NCBI GenBank assembly: GCA_020632075.1
Contig: JACKGH010000001.1
Coordinates: 42,133 to 106,132 of the forward strand
DNA length: 64,000 nt
Source of the DNA: Candidatus Nomurabacteria bacterium
GTDB taxonomy: Bacteria > Patescibacteriota > Minisyncoccia > Phycocordibacterales > UBA918
Direction of reading: 5' to 3'
Shown here: positions 29,111-38,606 of the stretch, piece by piece
Layout of the letters: every line of letters starts with the position of its first letter
Position numbering within the stretch: the stretch's first letter is position 1
Position numbers and translations under genes: made by a program
The notes under the pieces: model-generated
What the model was told of the DNA's origin: nothing
The model's database searches: none
The model's input: the letters and a program-made list of their open reading frames with translations, nothing else

Positions 29111-29864
29111 ACGGTTTTGCTTTAATGCTGGTAAGTTTCTCGAAGCGGGCAATGATAGTCGCACAGTACTCAGGGTCGAGTTCAATACCTACACACTTTC
29201 GCTTAGTCTGCTCGCAAGCGAGTAGTGTCGTTCCAGAGCCAAGAAAGCTATCGAAAACAACATCACCGACTCGAGTGCTGTTCAGAATCAGACGACGAAT
29301 CAAATCAAGCGGTTTTGTGGTCGGATGCATCTTGCTTTGGTTTGGCTTTGGACACACGAGCACACTCTTATCTTTGGATTTCACAAACTCATGTGTGCCG
29401 TACCAGCCATACACAATCAGTTCATGTTGTGGTGCGTAATCAAGCCGACCTACAACTGCATGCGTCTTCACCCAGATAAGTAACTGGGCAAACTTCACAT
29501 CTAGTTCATTCATCGCTTCTCGCAGCGCAAACACCATCTTGTCTGCGTTGAAGATATAGAGACCATTCTTTCGTTCTAGATGTGATAACACAGGAGCAAG
29601 CCATGCTTTGGTGAATTCGCGATATTCATCGTCACTTTGGATATGGTCGTTGGTAATTACTTTGTCTTTAGCGAGAGTCTGGAAGTTACGTTTACTCTCC
29701 GTTACTGCCACTCCATACGGAGGATCACTTATAACCGCTTTGATCTTTTTATCTCCAATAATCTTGGCTACTAGCTCAGCATTCCGAGCATCACCACAGG
29801 CGAGGACATGCTCGCCAAGCACGAAGATGTCTCCGTGCTTAATTGAGTTTTGTAACTGGCTCAT
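29097..29864 (-). CDS. DNA methyltransferase (N6-adenine/N4-cytosine family, DPPY).
   Basis: Motif IV SDPPYGV and motif I FDSFLGSGTTLLACEQ. Confidence 0.85.
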   Translation of the reverse strand: MSQLQNSIKHGDIFVLGEHVLACGDARNAELVAKIIGDKKIKAVISDPPYGVAVTESKRNFQTLAKDKVITNDHIQSDDEYREFTKAWLAPVLSHLERKNGLYIFNADKMVFALREAMNELDVKFAQLLIWVKTHAVVGRLDYAPQHELIVYGWYGTHEFVKSKDKSVLVCPKPNQSKMHPTTKPLDLIRRLILNSTRVGDVVFDSFLGSGTTLLACEQTKRKCVGIELDPEYCATIIARFEKLTSIKAKPYEQA

Positions 29865-31119
29865 GTGAGAGTTTCTTAAATCGGTTGATAATCACCTGAC
29901 AGAAGACAGGCTCTATTTCGTTGAGGTACGCAGTACGCTTTAGCTGCTCGCAAGCTGAGAGAATACTCCCTGAGCCAGCGGTCAGGTCGAGTACAGTGTC
30001 TCCTGGTTTGGTACAACGGCGTAATGCTTTTTCGTGCAGTGTCGGATTCTTCTGGGTTGGATGTTCATATTCGCTACCAGGAATCCGCTTTACGAGCCAG
30101 ATGTTGAAGAGGTCTAGAATGTCGTCAGTTAGCCGATTGCCAGAAGAGACTTCTTTATTAATCACTTCGTTAAGATTCTTCAGTGAGTCATTCAGATACG
30201 GCTTACCAACCGTGCCGTACACGCAATATTCAGTAACTTTGTTGAATGCCACCTTCGGGGTGGGTGACTGATTGTCTTTGATCCAAATACAGAGCCGCTT
30301 CGAATCTACTCCTAGCTCTCGGTAGAGTTGCTGGAATAACCAAACGTATCGCTCGTCGGTCCAAAACATTACATGAGCGTCTGGTTTTGCTACCGACAGC
30401 GCATTTTGCATGATGGTGCGGATAAACAACTGATACTCATCGTCAGATTTGTTGTCATTTGTAGTACCACCGTACTTTGCTTTATTCCCGACACCTTTGT
30501 CGTATGACAATCCTATATTGAATGGCGGGTCGTCGTTTATGAGATCTATTCGCACACCATTAGTGAGTTGCTTTACTGTCTCGGGATCTAAGGCATTTCC
30601 ACACATCAGACGATGTCTACCAAGAGAAAAATAATCTCCTGGTTTGATGTTTGTATCCTGTGCGTTCTCTACCTCTTTCTTTTCATCAAACTCATCATTC
30701 ACAATCTCTAAGTTGTCATCGAATATGAATGACAAATCTTGTGACTCAAATCCAGCTAGTAGGAGTTCATCAATGTTGAAATCTGATGCGAGCTTTTCGT
30801 AGTCCCACGTTCCGCCTGAGCGGTTTGAGGTGAGAAGATAGTCACGAAATTCAGCTTTAGTGAGTGGTCGATTTGGGACTCGTACTTCAATCTCTTCTTC
30901 TTCACGACCAAGGAGCGATAGTGCCAAGACCCGCTGATTTCCAGCCACCAAGGTTCCGTCTGTGTTAATACAAGGCAGCTCAGCAACGTTGAACTTGTTG
31001 AGACTACGCTTCAGTCCCTCTAGTTGAGAGTCTGTGAGTTTACGGGGATTTTTCCCGTATCTAATAAGGTCTTTAACTTTCCGACGTTCAGTACGCCAGA
31101 CTAATTTTTGTTTAGCCAT
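29839..31119 (-). CDS. ParB-like nuclease domain fused to a DNA methyltransferase (N6A/N4C family).
   Basis: The N-terminus RYGKNPRKLTDSQLEGLKRSLNKFNVAELPCI...AGNQR is ParB/Srx-like. It is followed by DDPPFNIG (motif IV) and LDLTAGSGSILSACEQ (motif I). Confidence 0.85.
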   Translation of the reverse strand: MAKQKLVWRTERRKVKDLIRYGKNPRKLTDSQLEGLKRSLNKFNVAELPCINTDGTLVAGNQRVLALSLLGREEEEIEVRVPNRPLTKAEFRDYLLTSNRSGGTWDYEKLASDFNIDELLLAGFESQDLSFIFDDNLEIVNDEFDEKKEVENAQDTNIKPGDYFSLGRHRLMCGNALDPETVKQLTNGVRIDLINDDPPFNIGLSYDKGVGNKAKYGGTTNDNKSDDEYQLFIRTIMQNALSVAKPDAHVMFWTDERYVWLFQQLYRELGVDSKRLCIWIKDNQSPTPKVAFNKVTEYCVYGTVGKPYLNDSLKNLNEVINKEVSSGNRLTDDILDLFNIWLVKRIPGSEYEHPTQKNPTLHEKALRRCTKPGDTVLDLTAGSGSILSACEQLKRTAYLNEIEPVFCQVIINRFKKLSHEPVTKLN

Positions 31120-31151
31120 GTTATGTGGGCTTAACTACTAATCAGTCCAAC

Positions 31152-31186
31152 AAAAACACCAACTCAAATAAATGGTTGGTGTTTTT
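31152..31186. promoter_or_regulatory. Perfect 12-bp-stem hairpin in the divergent regulatory region between the MTase operon and the XRE gene.
   Basis: aaaaacaccaac-tcaaataaatg-gttggtgttttt. A related AAATGGTTG motif repeats at 31228-31241. Confidence 0.4.
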
Positions 31187-31506
31187 GCTTTCAGCCTTAA
31201 GAGATAGTTGACGAATGCAACAAACAGCAACCAAATGGTTGTATTTGTTACCTTCGTCAAAGACCCCTTTGTCTCCGATCAGTGACTGACCGGCTCCGGC
31301 ATCCTCCTCTGACTCATCAAATACTTAAAAGTATCTGGTCGCCGCATTTTGTTATGGCGCTGAAAGGCGTATGTGTTCCTGATGAACCTACTTATAAGGG
31401 TAGTACGTTTTTGAAATTACGCAACCTAGTTATTCAGAAGTAGGTAACTAAGGCTTCGCAAATACCCTGAAGTAAGCTAGAGTGCCAAAATAACTACAAA
31501 AAAGCG

Positions 31507-31788
31507 ATGTTTAATCTGAGCAATAGTAGTATCCTATATGATAACGTTGTGTTATATTGCAACAAGGCGTATAGTCAAATTATGAAAAGCGAGTCGCAAA
31601 AATTGGGCAATAACCTCAAACGAATTAGAACTGAGAAAGGTATTTCGCAGGGTGACATTGCTCGTGAGCTTGAGGTAAGCAGAAGCTTTATAAGCAATAT
31701 CGAGAACGGTAAAACAAACCCGACTTTGTCGACTATTTCGAAACTTGCAAAAACTGTTGGAGTCTCTGTGAGCGAATTAACAAAATAA
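31507..31788 (+). CDS. XRE-family HTH transcriptional regulator.
   Basis: LKRIRTEKGISQGDIARELEVSRSFISNIENGKTNPTLSTISKLAKTVGVSVSEL. The true start is probably MKSESQ at 31582. Confidence 0.75.
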   Translation: MFNLSNSSILYDNVVLYCNKAYSQIMKSESQKLGNNLKRIRTEKGISQGDIARELEVSRSFISNIENGKTNPTLSTISKLAKTVGVSVSELTK

Positions 31789-31798
31789 TTTTAATAAC

Positions 31799-32305
31799 AT
31801 GACATTCGACCCACAATTAATCTTATTATTCATCAACACAGTCGCTGTCATTTTTGTAATCGCACTGTTTTTAACTAAGAATGATACTGCCAGAAACGGT
31901 GACGCTGGTGATATTTACGAGAGGATTAAGAATGATATCAAATTCACATTCGAACCAATGGTCGATATACCACTTGGTGTCGAGGAAATCGTCGACCTTG
32001 CGGTAGAAGTGTGGCGAATGGAACAAAGGTTGTCTAAAGCGTCCGAAAATATACCAGAGATACACCAACGCAGTCTTTCAAATTCAATAAATCGTCTAAA
32101 GAGTTACTTAAATAAGTACGATGTAGAAATCCATGACTATACAGGACAAAAATATAACGATGGATTAAATTTTGACATTCTCTCCAGAGAGCAGGACCCG
32201 ACTCTTGAATCACCAATCGTAAAAGAAACAGTTGAGCCTACCATTACATGCAGAGGTAAGGTGGTGAAGAGGGCAAAAATCATATTGGCATCAAATCAAA
32301 AATAG
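31799..32305 (+). CDS. Hypothetical N-terminally membrane-anchored protein; first gene of the cargo operon.
   Basis: TM LILLFINTVAVIFVIALFL. The next gene starts 3 nt after its stop. Confidence 0.5.
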   Translation: MTFDPQLILLFINTVAVIFVIALFLTKNDTARNGDAGDIYERIKNDIKFTFEPMVDIPLGVEEIVDLAVEVWRMEQRLSKASENIPEIHQRSLSNSINRLKSYLNKYDVEIHDYTGQKYNDGLNFDILSREQDPTLESPIVKETVEPTITCRGKVVKRAKIILASNQK

Positions 32306-32307
32306 TT

Positions 32308-34800
32308 ATGGCAACTCGAAATATACAAATTGGAATTGATTTAGGTACCACAAACTCAGAGGTGGCAATTAATAATGGATCTGCTATTGAAATAATCAAG
32401 AATGGTTTTAATGATGAGTATACTCCTTCAGTATTTGGTGTAGATAAATCAAAAAATAAAATCGTGGGTAAAAAAGCCTATGAAAGATTGTTTAAATATT
32501 CATCAACCGAAGAACTAAATAACAACAAAGCTGAGGTTAAGAGAATCATGGGAACCTCAGAGACAGTACGTTTTGATAGAACAAATGAAGAATTACAACC
32601 TGAAGAGATTTCCGCAGAGATTTTGAAGTCACTAAAAGAAGACATTTTAAGAAAGTATAGTGACTTTGAGACTACGTCTGCTGTCATCACGATACCCGCT
32701 CACTTTTCTGTTGTTCAAGCTGAAGCAACCAAGAGAGCTGGAAATATAGCTGGATTTAATTATGTTGTTTTGCTCCAAGAACCAATCGCAGCCGCAATCG
32801 GTTACGGTTTTATGAATGCTAAGAACGAAAACTGGTTAGTATATGATCTTGGCGGCGGCACATTTGATGTTGCATTAATTTCTGCAAAAGATGGAAATCT
32901 TACTGTTGTTGCTCAAAACGGTGACAACTTCTTAGGAGGAAAAGACTTCGATAAATTGATAATCGATAAAGTCTTAATTCCAAAAATCAAAGAAGAATTC
33001 AACGTACCCGACCTAAAAGATGATCAAGTCGTTTTCTCTAAACTCAAGAATCTAGCAGAGACAGCAAAAATTGAACTAACCTCATCTGATAAGACTAATA
33101 TCCAAGTAGAAAACATTGGTGAGGATATGAATGGAAATGAAATTTATCTATCCATTGATTTCACTCGGTCAGAATTTGAGAAGCTTATCAAACCTCTAGT
33201 AGAACGAACAATAAAACTGAGTCAGGAAACAATTAAAGAATCTGGCATTAAACAGAGTTCAATCAATAAAATCATACTTGTTGGCGGACCTACATTAATT
33301 CCTTATATAAAAGATCGCCTTGAACGAGACCTAAAGATTGAGGTTGATACCAGTGTCGATCCTCTAACAATTGTTGCAAGAGGGGCTTGTATCTACGGAG
33401 TCAGTCAACAAATACCTGAAGAATTTCTGGAAAAAAGAGCTGATGCCGCTGAATCAATGTCGGTAAAATTACACTTCGACTCACTGTCATCTGATATTGA
33501 GACAACCATTAGTGGTGTAGTTGAGGATTTGAGGGACTCGGAAGAAGAGTATTATATTCAAATCCAAAGCGACTCAGGTACCTATAGTGGCCCAAAGATT
33601 AAAGTTAAAGGAGGTAAATTTTTTGACACTATAACCCTCGACAAAAATAAAACTAACCTATTCTGGATTTATCTTTTCGATTCTGAGGGAAACACTATTC
33701 AGATTGACCCTGACTCCTTTACTATTATTCACGGATTGTCTATATCTGGTGCGCCAATCCCTCATTCTGTTGGGGTTGGAGTTGTTAAGAAGGATTTTAA
33801 GACAGGTATTGCTACCGAAGTATTTGATAAATACTTTTCAAAAAATAGCACCTTGCCACTCGAAGAGACAAAAATCTTTAAGACTCTCAGAAAGCTTAAA
33901 AAGGGCGACAAAGATAACGCTCTACCTATCAATGTATATGAGGGAGAGTCTGACAGACAGGACAGAAATCAAAGAATCTGCAGCCTCAAGCTAACTGGTG
34001 AGCAGATACCCTATGATCTTCCTGAAGGAACTCCTGTTGAAATTACCATAAAGATTAATGAATCTCGCGAAGTCTCAGTTAATGCTTACATTGAGTCAAT
34101 TGATCTTTCTGTAGATGCCCGGGCAACTATTCATGATGAAGAACTGGACGTTGAGCAAATGAAGTCAGAGCTTGAACTACAAAGAAATCGAATTTCGAAT
34201 GCCAAGGAAAACTGCTCGGATGCTGAACGTAGAGATCTGGAAAACACATACGAATCCGTAGACGATAGTTTGCAAAGAGCTGAGGACGATCAGGATGAGA
34301 AAAGAAAAGCTAATAAGCAACTCAAAGATTTAAAGATTCAACTTGACTCCATCGAGCGAGACAAAGAAATGCCACAGCTAACTCGTGAATTTCGTGATGG
34401 CCTAATGAATGCAGACGAAACAATTAGAGAACTTGGTGATAAGGAAGAATACAATCAGCACAAAGAATTACTTGAAGCATTAAAGGCTGAAGGTGAAATT
34501 GCAATTGAAAACAACGACAAACATCTATTGGCTCGAGTGAATGAACAAATTGATGAGCTTAAGCAAAAGATTGTCTTTTCAAATCCTGCTGCATGGGCCT
34601 ATCTTTTCCAAAAGATAGTGTCAGAAAATAAGAATTTTATTAGCGACAAAGAAGCTGAATATTTCATCAACAAGGGACTTAGGTCAATTGAGGTTGGTGA
34701 TGTCGAAGAACTAAAGCGTTGCGTTAGAGGATTGCTGTTGTTGCTACCCCCTGAACAACAGCACATGATTCAAAGTTCAATGTCAGGTATAACTTATTAA
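32308..34800 (+). CDS. Non-canonical Hsp70 (830 aa): a complete actin-like NBD, a long insert, a degenerate SBD-beta and a helical C-terminus.
   Basis: IGIDLGTTNSEVA (phosphate 1), DLGGGTFDVAL (phosphate 2), ILVGGPTLIPYIKD (adenosine motif), and the SBD-like INVYEGESDRQDRNQRICSLKLTGEQIPYDLPEGTPVEITIKINESREVSVNA. Confidence 0.8.
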   Translation: MATRNIQIGIDLGTTNSEVAINNGSAIEIIKNGFNDEYTPSVFGVDKSKNKIVGKKAYERLFKYSSTEELNNNKAEVKRIMGTSETVRFDRTNEELQPEEISAEILKSLKEDILRKYSDFETTSAVITIPAHFSVVQAEATKRAGNIAGFNYVVLLQEPIAAAIGYGFMNAKNENWLVYDLGGGTFDVALISAKDGNLTVVAQNGDNFLGGKDFDKLIIDKVLIPKIKEEFNVPDLKDDQVVFSKLKNLAETAKIELTSSDKTNIQVENIGEDMNGNEIYLSIDFTRSEFEKLIKPLVERTIKLSQETIKESGIKQSSINKIILVGGPTLIPYIKDRLERDLKIEVDTSVDPLTIVARGACIYGVSQQIPEEFLEKRADAAESMSVKLHFDSLSSDIETTISGVVEDLRDSEEEYYIQIQSDSGTYSGPKIKVKGGKFFDTITLDKNKTNLFWIYLFDSEGNTIQIDPDSFTIIHGLSISGAPIPHSVGVGVVKKDFKTGIATEVFDKYFSKNSTLPLEETKIFKTLRKLKKGDKDNALPINVYEGESDRQDRNQRICSLKLTGEQIPYDLPEGTPVEITIKINESREVSVNAYIESIDLSVDARATIHDEELDVEQMKSELELQRNRISNAKENCSDAERRDLENTYESVDDSLQRAEDDQDEKRKANKQLKDLKIQLDSIERDKEMPQLTREFRDGLMNADETIRELGDKEEYNQHKELLEALKAEGEIAIENNDKHLLARVNEQIDELKQKIVFSNPAAWAYLFQKIVSENKNFISDKEAEYFINKGLRSIEVGDVEELKRCVRGLLLLLPPEQQHMIQSSMSGITY

Positions 34801-34808
34801 AATAGAAT

Positions 34809-36269
34809 ATGAATCTCTTAAAAGATAATGCATACCACATATTAGGCTTAGATACTTCAGCAAGCCAAAAAGAGATCTCCAAGAGGTCAAAAGAAATATT
34901 AACGCGCCTAAAAATTGACGATGTACCAGAGTACGAAATTGACTTAAATTTCTTTTCAAATTTTAGAACTGAGAATTCGGTAAAACTGGCACAATCTAAT
35001 TTATCGAATCCTAAGAAATTGATAAAAGAATACTTCTTTTGGTTTCAGGTTGCAGATAGCGTAGACGAAGAAGCTGTTGATTTTTTCAGAAAAGGACAAT
35101 TTGGTGAAGCTGCAAAAATATGGAAGGAGCATAGCCAAGGAGATACCATAAAGTCATTACTCTATAAAAAGAATTTGGCGATTTTAGTTACAATTCTCTT
35201 GTACAAATCAAAAGATGATGACCTCCTTAACAAGTCAGTCTCATTGTGGAGTGAATTAATAGGGTCTGATAAATTTTGGAACGGGTTTTCAAAAGTGTAT
35301 AAGTTACATGATGAATTGGGTTCTGACTCAGAAGTTATTAGTGATTTCAAAAGTAAGGTTGCCGATTATCTTTCTGACATTTATGCAGAGTTATCTTCAA
35401 TTCATCAGGACAAAGACTTTGTTACTTTGTTCGCAAAAAATTTTGGACTTAAGGGTGAAAAGATGGAGGCTGATGTATTGAACCCAATCTATAAAGTGAT
35501 AAATGACGCCGTTGAAGAATTGGATGCACTTGGCGTGAGTGATGACGGGGTGTTAGATCAAAAAGAAACCGCAGAGATTAAGCGACTTATTGGCATCATC
35601 CAATCTGAACTAAATAAGCTAATAGATCTTGGTTTGTACGATGATAGTAAGATTAAACTTGTACGTGACAGAGCTGCTGCTACCCTAAGAAAACTAAGTA
35701 TTGAGGTAAACAACAACTTAAATGAGGCTGATATTGCATTAGGTTTAAGTAAAATTGCCGATAGCATTTCAGGAACAACCAGCTTTAAGAGCAAGGTCCA
35801 GCAAGACATTAAAACTCTTGAAGAAAATCAAGCCTATAAAGCAAAGGAAGAAAAGCAAAAGGCTATTATTGATCCAATTCTGGCCACTTTTAAAGCTGGC
35901 GACTCAGAGAAGGCACTTCAGACAATTAATGCTTACATCTATAACGAAAGTACTGACCCTGATTTAAAAGAAACGTTATTAGAAATTAAAAAAGTTATTG
36001 AGGAACGTATCGTCCAACATGGTAAACCAGTAAAAAGTGCCCCCACCTTGTTTACTCTTAACGGTTTCGGTACAAAAATATATGGTGACACTTTGTATGT
36101 CACACTTTTGTTCATACCAGTAATTCCTCTCTCTCGATACTCCTTGGTTAATAATGGTGACAATTACAGTTTCCAGGGGAAGTTGGAATTGCGAGAGTGG
36201 CAAAAGATTTGGAAGGTGGTGGGTTTGATCGCGGTCGGTATTATCGTGCTTATGATGTTTAGCAGCTAG
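34809..36269 (+). CDS. J-like domain protein lacking the HPD motif, with a C-terminal transmembrane anchor.
   Basis: N-terminal AYHILGLDTSASQKEISKRSKEILTRLKIDDVPE aligns with DnaJ YYEILGV...EIRKAYKRLAMKYHPD, with HPD replaced by IDD. The C-terminal TM is WKVVGLIAVGIIVLMMF. Confidence 0.6.
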   Translation: MNLLKDNAYHILGLDTSASQKEISKRSKEILTRLKIDDVPEYEIDLNFFSNFRTENSVKLAQSNLSNPKKLIKEYFFWFQVADSVDEEAVDFFRKGQFGEAAKIWKEHSQGDTIKSLLYKKNLAILVTILLYKSKDDDLLNKSVSLWSELIGSDKFWNGFSKVYKLHDELGSDSEVISDFKSKVADYLSDIYAELSSIHQDKDFVTLFAKNFGLKGEKMEADVLNPIYKVINDAVEELDALGVSDDGVLDQKETAEIKRLIGIIQSELNKLIDLGLYDDSKIKLVRDRAAATLRKLSIEVNNNLNEADIALGLSKIADSISGTTSFKSKVQQDIKTLEENQAYKAKEEKQKAIIDPILATFKAGDSEKALQTINAYIYNESTDPDLKETLLEIKKVIEERIVQHGKPVKSAPTLFTLNGFGTKIYGDTLYVTLLFIPVIPLSRYSLVNNGDNYSFQGKLELREWQKIWKVVGLIAVGIIVLMMFSS

Positions 36270-36273
36270 GCTT

Positions 36274-36867
36274 ATGAATGATCACTTAGACTTCAACACA
36301 GATTTTTTAAATAATCCTGTTTCTGGTAAGAATCAGGGTCCATCTAATGATAACCAACCCAAAAATGGTGGGGGTAAAAAAGGTTGGATTATAGCAGCAG
36401 TCATCTTCGGTGTCCTTATTGTTATTGGTGCGATGGAAGATTCTGGTTCAACAGGTTCAACTTATACACCAACAACCAACTCGACGTACAGCAACAACAC
36501 GAACACTTCTGCTGATCATTCATTAGTATTTGATGGGCAAACTTTTAGATGTTCTGATTATCACTATGATAAAGCGATGGCATTGAGGCCAGACGCAACA
36601 CTGAGCGCACAAATAGATTCAGAGAGTGCAGCTCTAGATTTGCGTATTAGTAGTCTAGACTCAGAAGCGGCTAGGATAGACGCAATGTATGTTGATGAGT
36701 ATAGCCAGTGGTCGATTGATAACTACAACGCAGCTGTTGATGCATATAATGTTAAGAAAAATAGACTACAAGCCGATATTGATAGTTGGAATCTAAAAAA
36801 CACTTCTTTTAATAGAAAAATTGATGCTTACAACAATTACCTAGATACTAACTGCCGACCACAATAA
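36274..36867 (+). CDS. Single-pass membrane protein with an extracytoplasmic domain (197 aa).
   Basis: TM WIIAAVIFGVLIVIGAM. A Thr/Ser/Asn-rich linker follows, with repeated AYN/YN motifs. Confidence 0.5.
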   Translation: MNDHLDFNTDFLNNPVSGKNQGPSNDNQPKNGGGKKGWIIAAVIFGVLIVIGAMEDSGSTGSTYTPTTNSTYSNNTNTSADHSLVFDGQTFRCSDYHYDKAMALRPDATLSAQIDSESAALDLRISSLDSEAARIDAMYVDEYSQWSIDNYNAAVDAYNVKKNRLQADIDSWNLKNTSFNRKIDAYNNYLDTNCRPQ

Positions 36868-36870
36868 ATT

Positions 36871-37926
36871 ATGTCAATTCAAACAAAACCAATTCTACAT
36901 AATGGCTTTGAAATCAGAGAAGGCCTAAAAGTAAAGAGTCGTATCGACAAGGTATTTTTCACTGAGATTTATCACCTTGATAACGACACATACTTCTACC
37001 TCTTCCTAAATCTCAATCCTAACGAAATTATCGATAAGCGAGGGCGGTATGAATTAGTGAGGATTAATATCTCTTCTAAGGAGTGGATTGGAGCTATTGT
37101 AAAAAGTAATACTAACCCCGCTTCTGTCATTGAGGAGTTAACTACTCTGCGAGGATTTGATCAGATTGCTGGAATGCAAGAACTAAAGAATCTATTGATT
37201 GCAGAAGTGATAAATCCGCTACGAGATCCTGCTAGATTTGAAAAATTCAAAGTGTCTATACCTAACGGAATTTTGCTTTACGGTCCTCCGGGATGCGGAA
37301 AAACCTTCATCGTAAGAAAACTTGCGGAAGAGCTGGGATATAACTTTTTTGAAGTAAAACACTCAGACCTTGCAACGCCTTTTATACATGGATCAGTAGG
37401 TAATATTGGTAAGGTTTTTGAAACCGCAAAACAGAATTCACCAGCTGTTGTATTTTTTGATGAAATCAGTGGTCTTGTACCAAACCGTCAAAATTTGAAT
37501 GATTCATCTTCACACAAAGAGGAAGAGGTTAACGAGTTTTTGATTCAGCTTAACGATGCTGCTGATAATAATATTCTAGTTGTAGGTGCAACGAACTATA
37601 TTGATCGAATTGACCCAGCGATATTGAGGCCAGGACGAATGGATAAAAAGATTCATGTCCCACCACCTGACGCAGAAGCCAGAAAAGAACTATTCAAGCT
37701 TGGTCTTTCAGGTCGTCCGCACGATGAGAATATCGACTTTGAACACCTAGCTAAAATAACCGATGGCTACAGTAGCGCTGACATTATTGAGGGTATAGTT
37801 GAAGGAGCTGCTCGTCTGGCTGCGAACATGGATAAACAAGAAATTGATCAGGAACTACTAGAAAAAGAAGCAGCTAAACTTAAACCTGTAGAAGAAGAAA
37901 AGCCGAGATTTGGTTTCGGTGCGTAA
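36871..37926 (+). CDS. Classical-clade AAA+ ATPase (CDC48/FtsH/Vps4-like module) with an approximately 100-aa N-domain.
   Basis: Walker A GILLYGPPGCGKTF, Walker B VVFFDEISGL, and a second region of homology with Arg fingers GATNYIDRIDPAILRPGRMDKKIHV. Confidence 0.8.
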   Translation: MSIQTKPILHNGFEIREGLKVKSRIDKVFFTEIYHLDNDTYFYLFLNLNPNEIIDKRGRYELVRINISSKEWIGAIVKSNTNPASVIEELTTLRGFDQIAGMQELKNLLIAEVINPLRDPARFEKFKVSIPNGILLYGPPGCGKTFIVRKLAEELGYNFFEVKHSDLATPFIHGSVGNIGKVFETAKQNSPAVVFFDEISGLVPNRQNLNDSSSHKEEEVNEFLIQLNDAADNNILVVGATNYIDRIDPAILRPGRMDKKIHVPPPDAEARKELFKLGLSGRPHDENIDFEHLAKITDGYSSADIIEGIVEGAARLAANMDKQEIDQELLEKEAAKLKPVEEEKPRFGFGA

Positions 37927-37937
37927 TTTAGTAATCA

Positions 37938-38600
37938 ATGGAAATCGACTCAAAAGAAATCATTCTGCAATTGTTGAAAGGGATGTGGGAAATGAAGTCA
38001 CTATACCTCATGCTGTTTGGAGTGGTTGTCTTGGCCTTAATTGCAAGAATCCTTATGGATTTGATGAGCCGACAAAGTCAAATTAAGTGGTTTCTAGGCA
38101 AGCAAAAAGTTCAGGACTTGCAAAAGCTCACACCTTCACAATTTGAGGAATATATCGCCGAACTATTTAAATCACTTGGCTATCAAGCAGTTGTAACTGG
38201 CGGTAAGGGTGATGGAGGAGTCGATGTTGAAGCAGAAAAAGACGGCATCAAACACTACATTCAATGCAAAAAATTCATCACATCAAAAGTACCCGTTGGA
38301 GCAGTGCGTGACTTCTACGGTGCTATTGCAGATAGGATTGATGGTGGAAAGGGTTATTTCATCACTACAAATGTTTTTACACTTGATGCTGAACATTTTG
38401 CAGAAGATAAACCAATTGAACTAGTTGATAAGTTCAAGTTGATGGAATACATGCACATGGCGAATGTGGAAGTTCCAGAGTCCACTCCCGTCGTGTGTCC
38501 AAAGTGCGGATCCGAGCTTATTCGTCGCAGTGGTAAATACGGTCCCTTTATGGGCTGTAGTACGTATCCAAAGTGTGACTACACAAAGAAACTCGCATAA
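37938..38600 (+). CDS. Membrane-anchored Mrr-type (type IV restriction-like) PD-(D/E)XK nuclease fused to a topoisomerase-type C4 zinc ribbon.
   Basis: N-terminal TM LYLMLFGVVVLALIARILM; Mrr_cat-like FEEYIAELFKSLGYQAVVTGGKGDGGVDVEAEKDGIKHYIQCKKF; and C-terminal CPKCGSELIRRSGKYGPFMGCSTYPKCDY. Confidence 0.65.
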   Translation: MEIDSKEIILQLLKGMWEMKSLYLMLFGVVVLALIARILMDLMSRQSQIKWFLGKQKVQDLQKLTPSQFEEYIAELFKSLGYQAVVTGGKGDGGVDVEAEKDGIKHYIQCKKFITSKVPVGAVRDFYGAIADRIDGGKGYFITTNVFTLDAEHFAEDKPIELVDKFKLMEYMHMANVEVPESTPVVCPKCGSELIRRSGKYGPFMGCSTYPKCDYTKKLA

Positions 38601-38606
38601 GGTTAT

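Noticed and set aside
28688-29185. Full 165-aa track ORF for the TerS-like protein
   Set aside because: The first 25 codons overlap the upstream MTase coding end. The internal Met (MSRRDTIH) gives a compact HTH protein, but the start remains uncertain.
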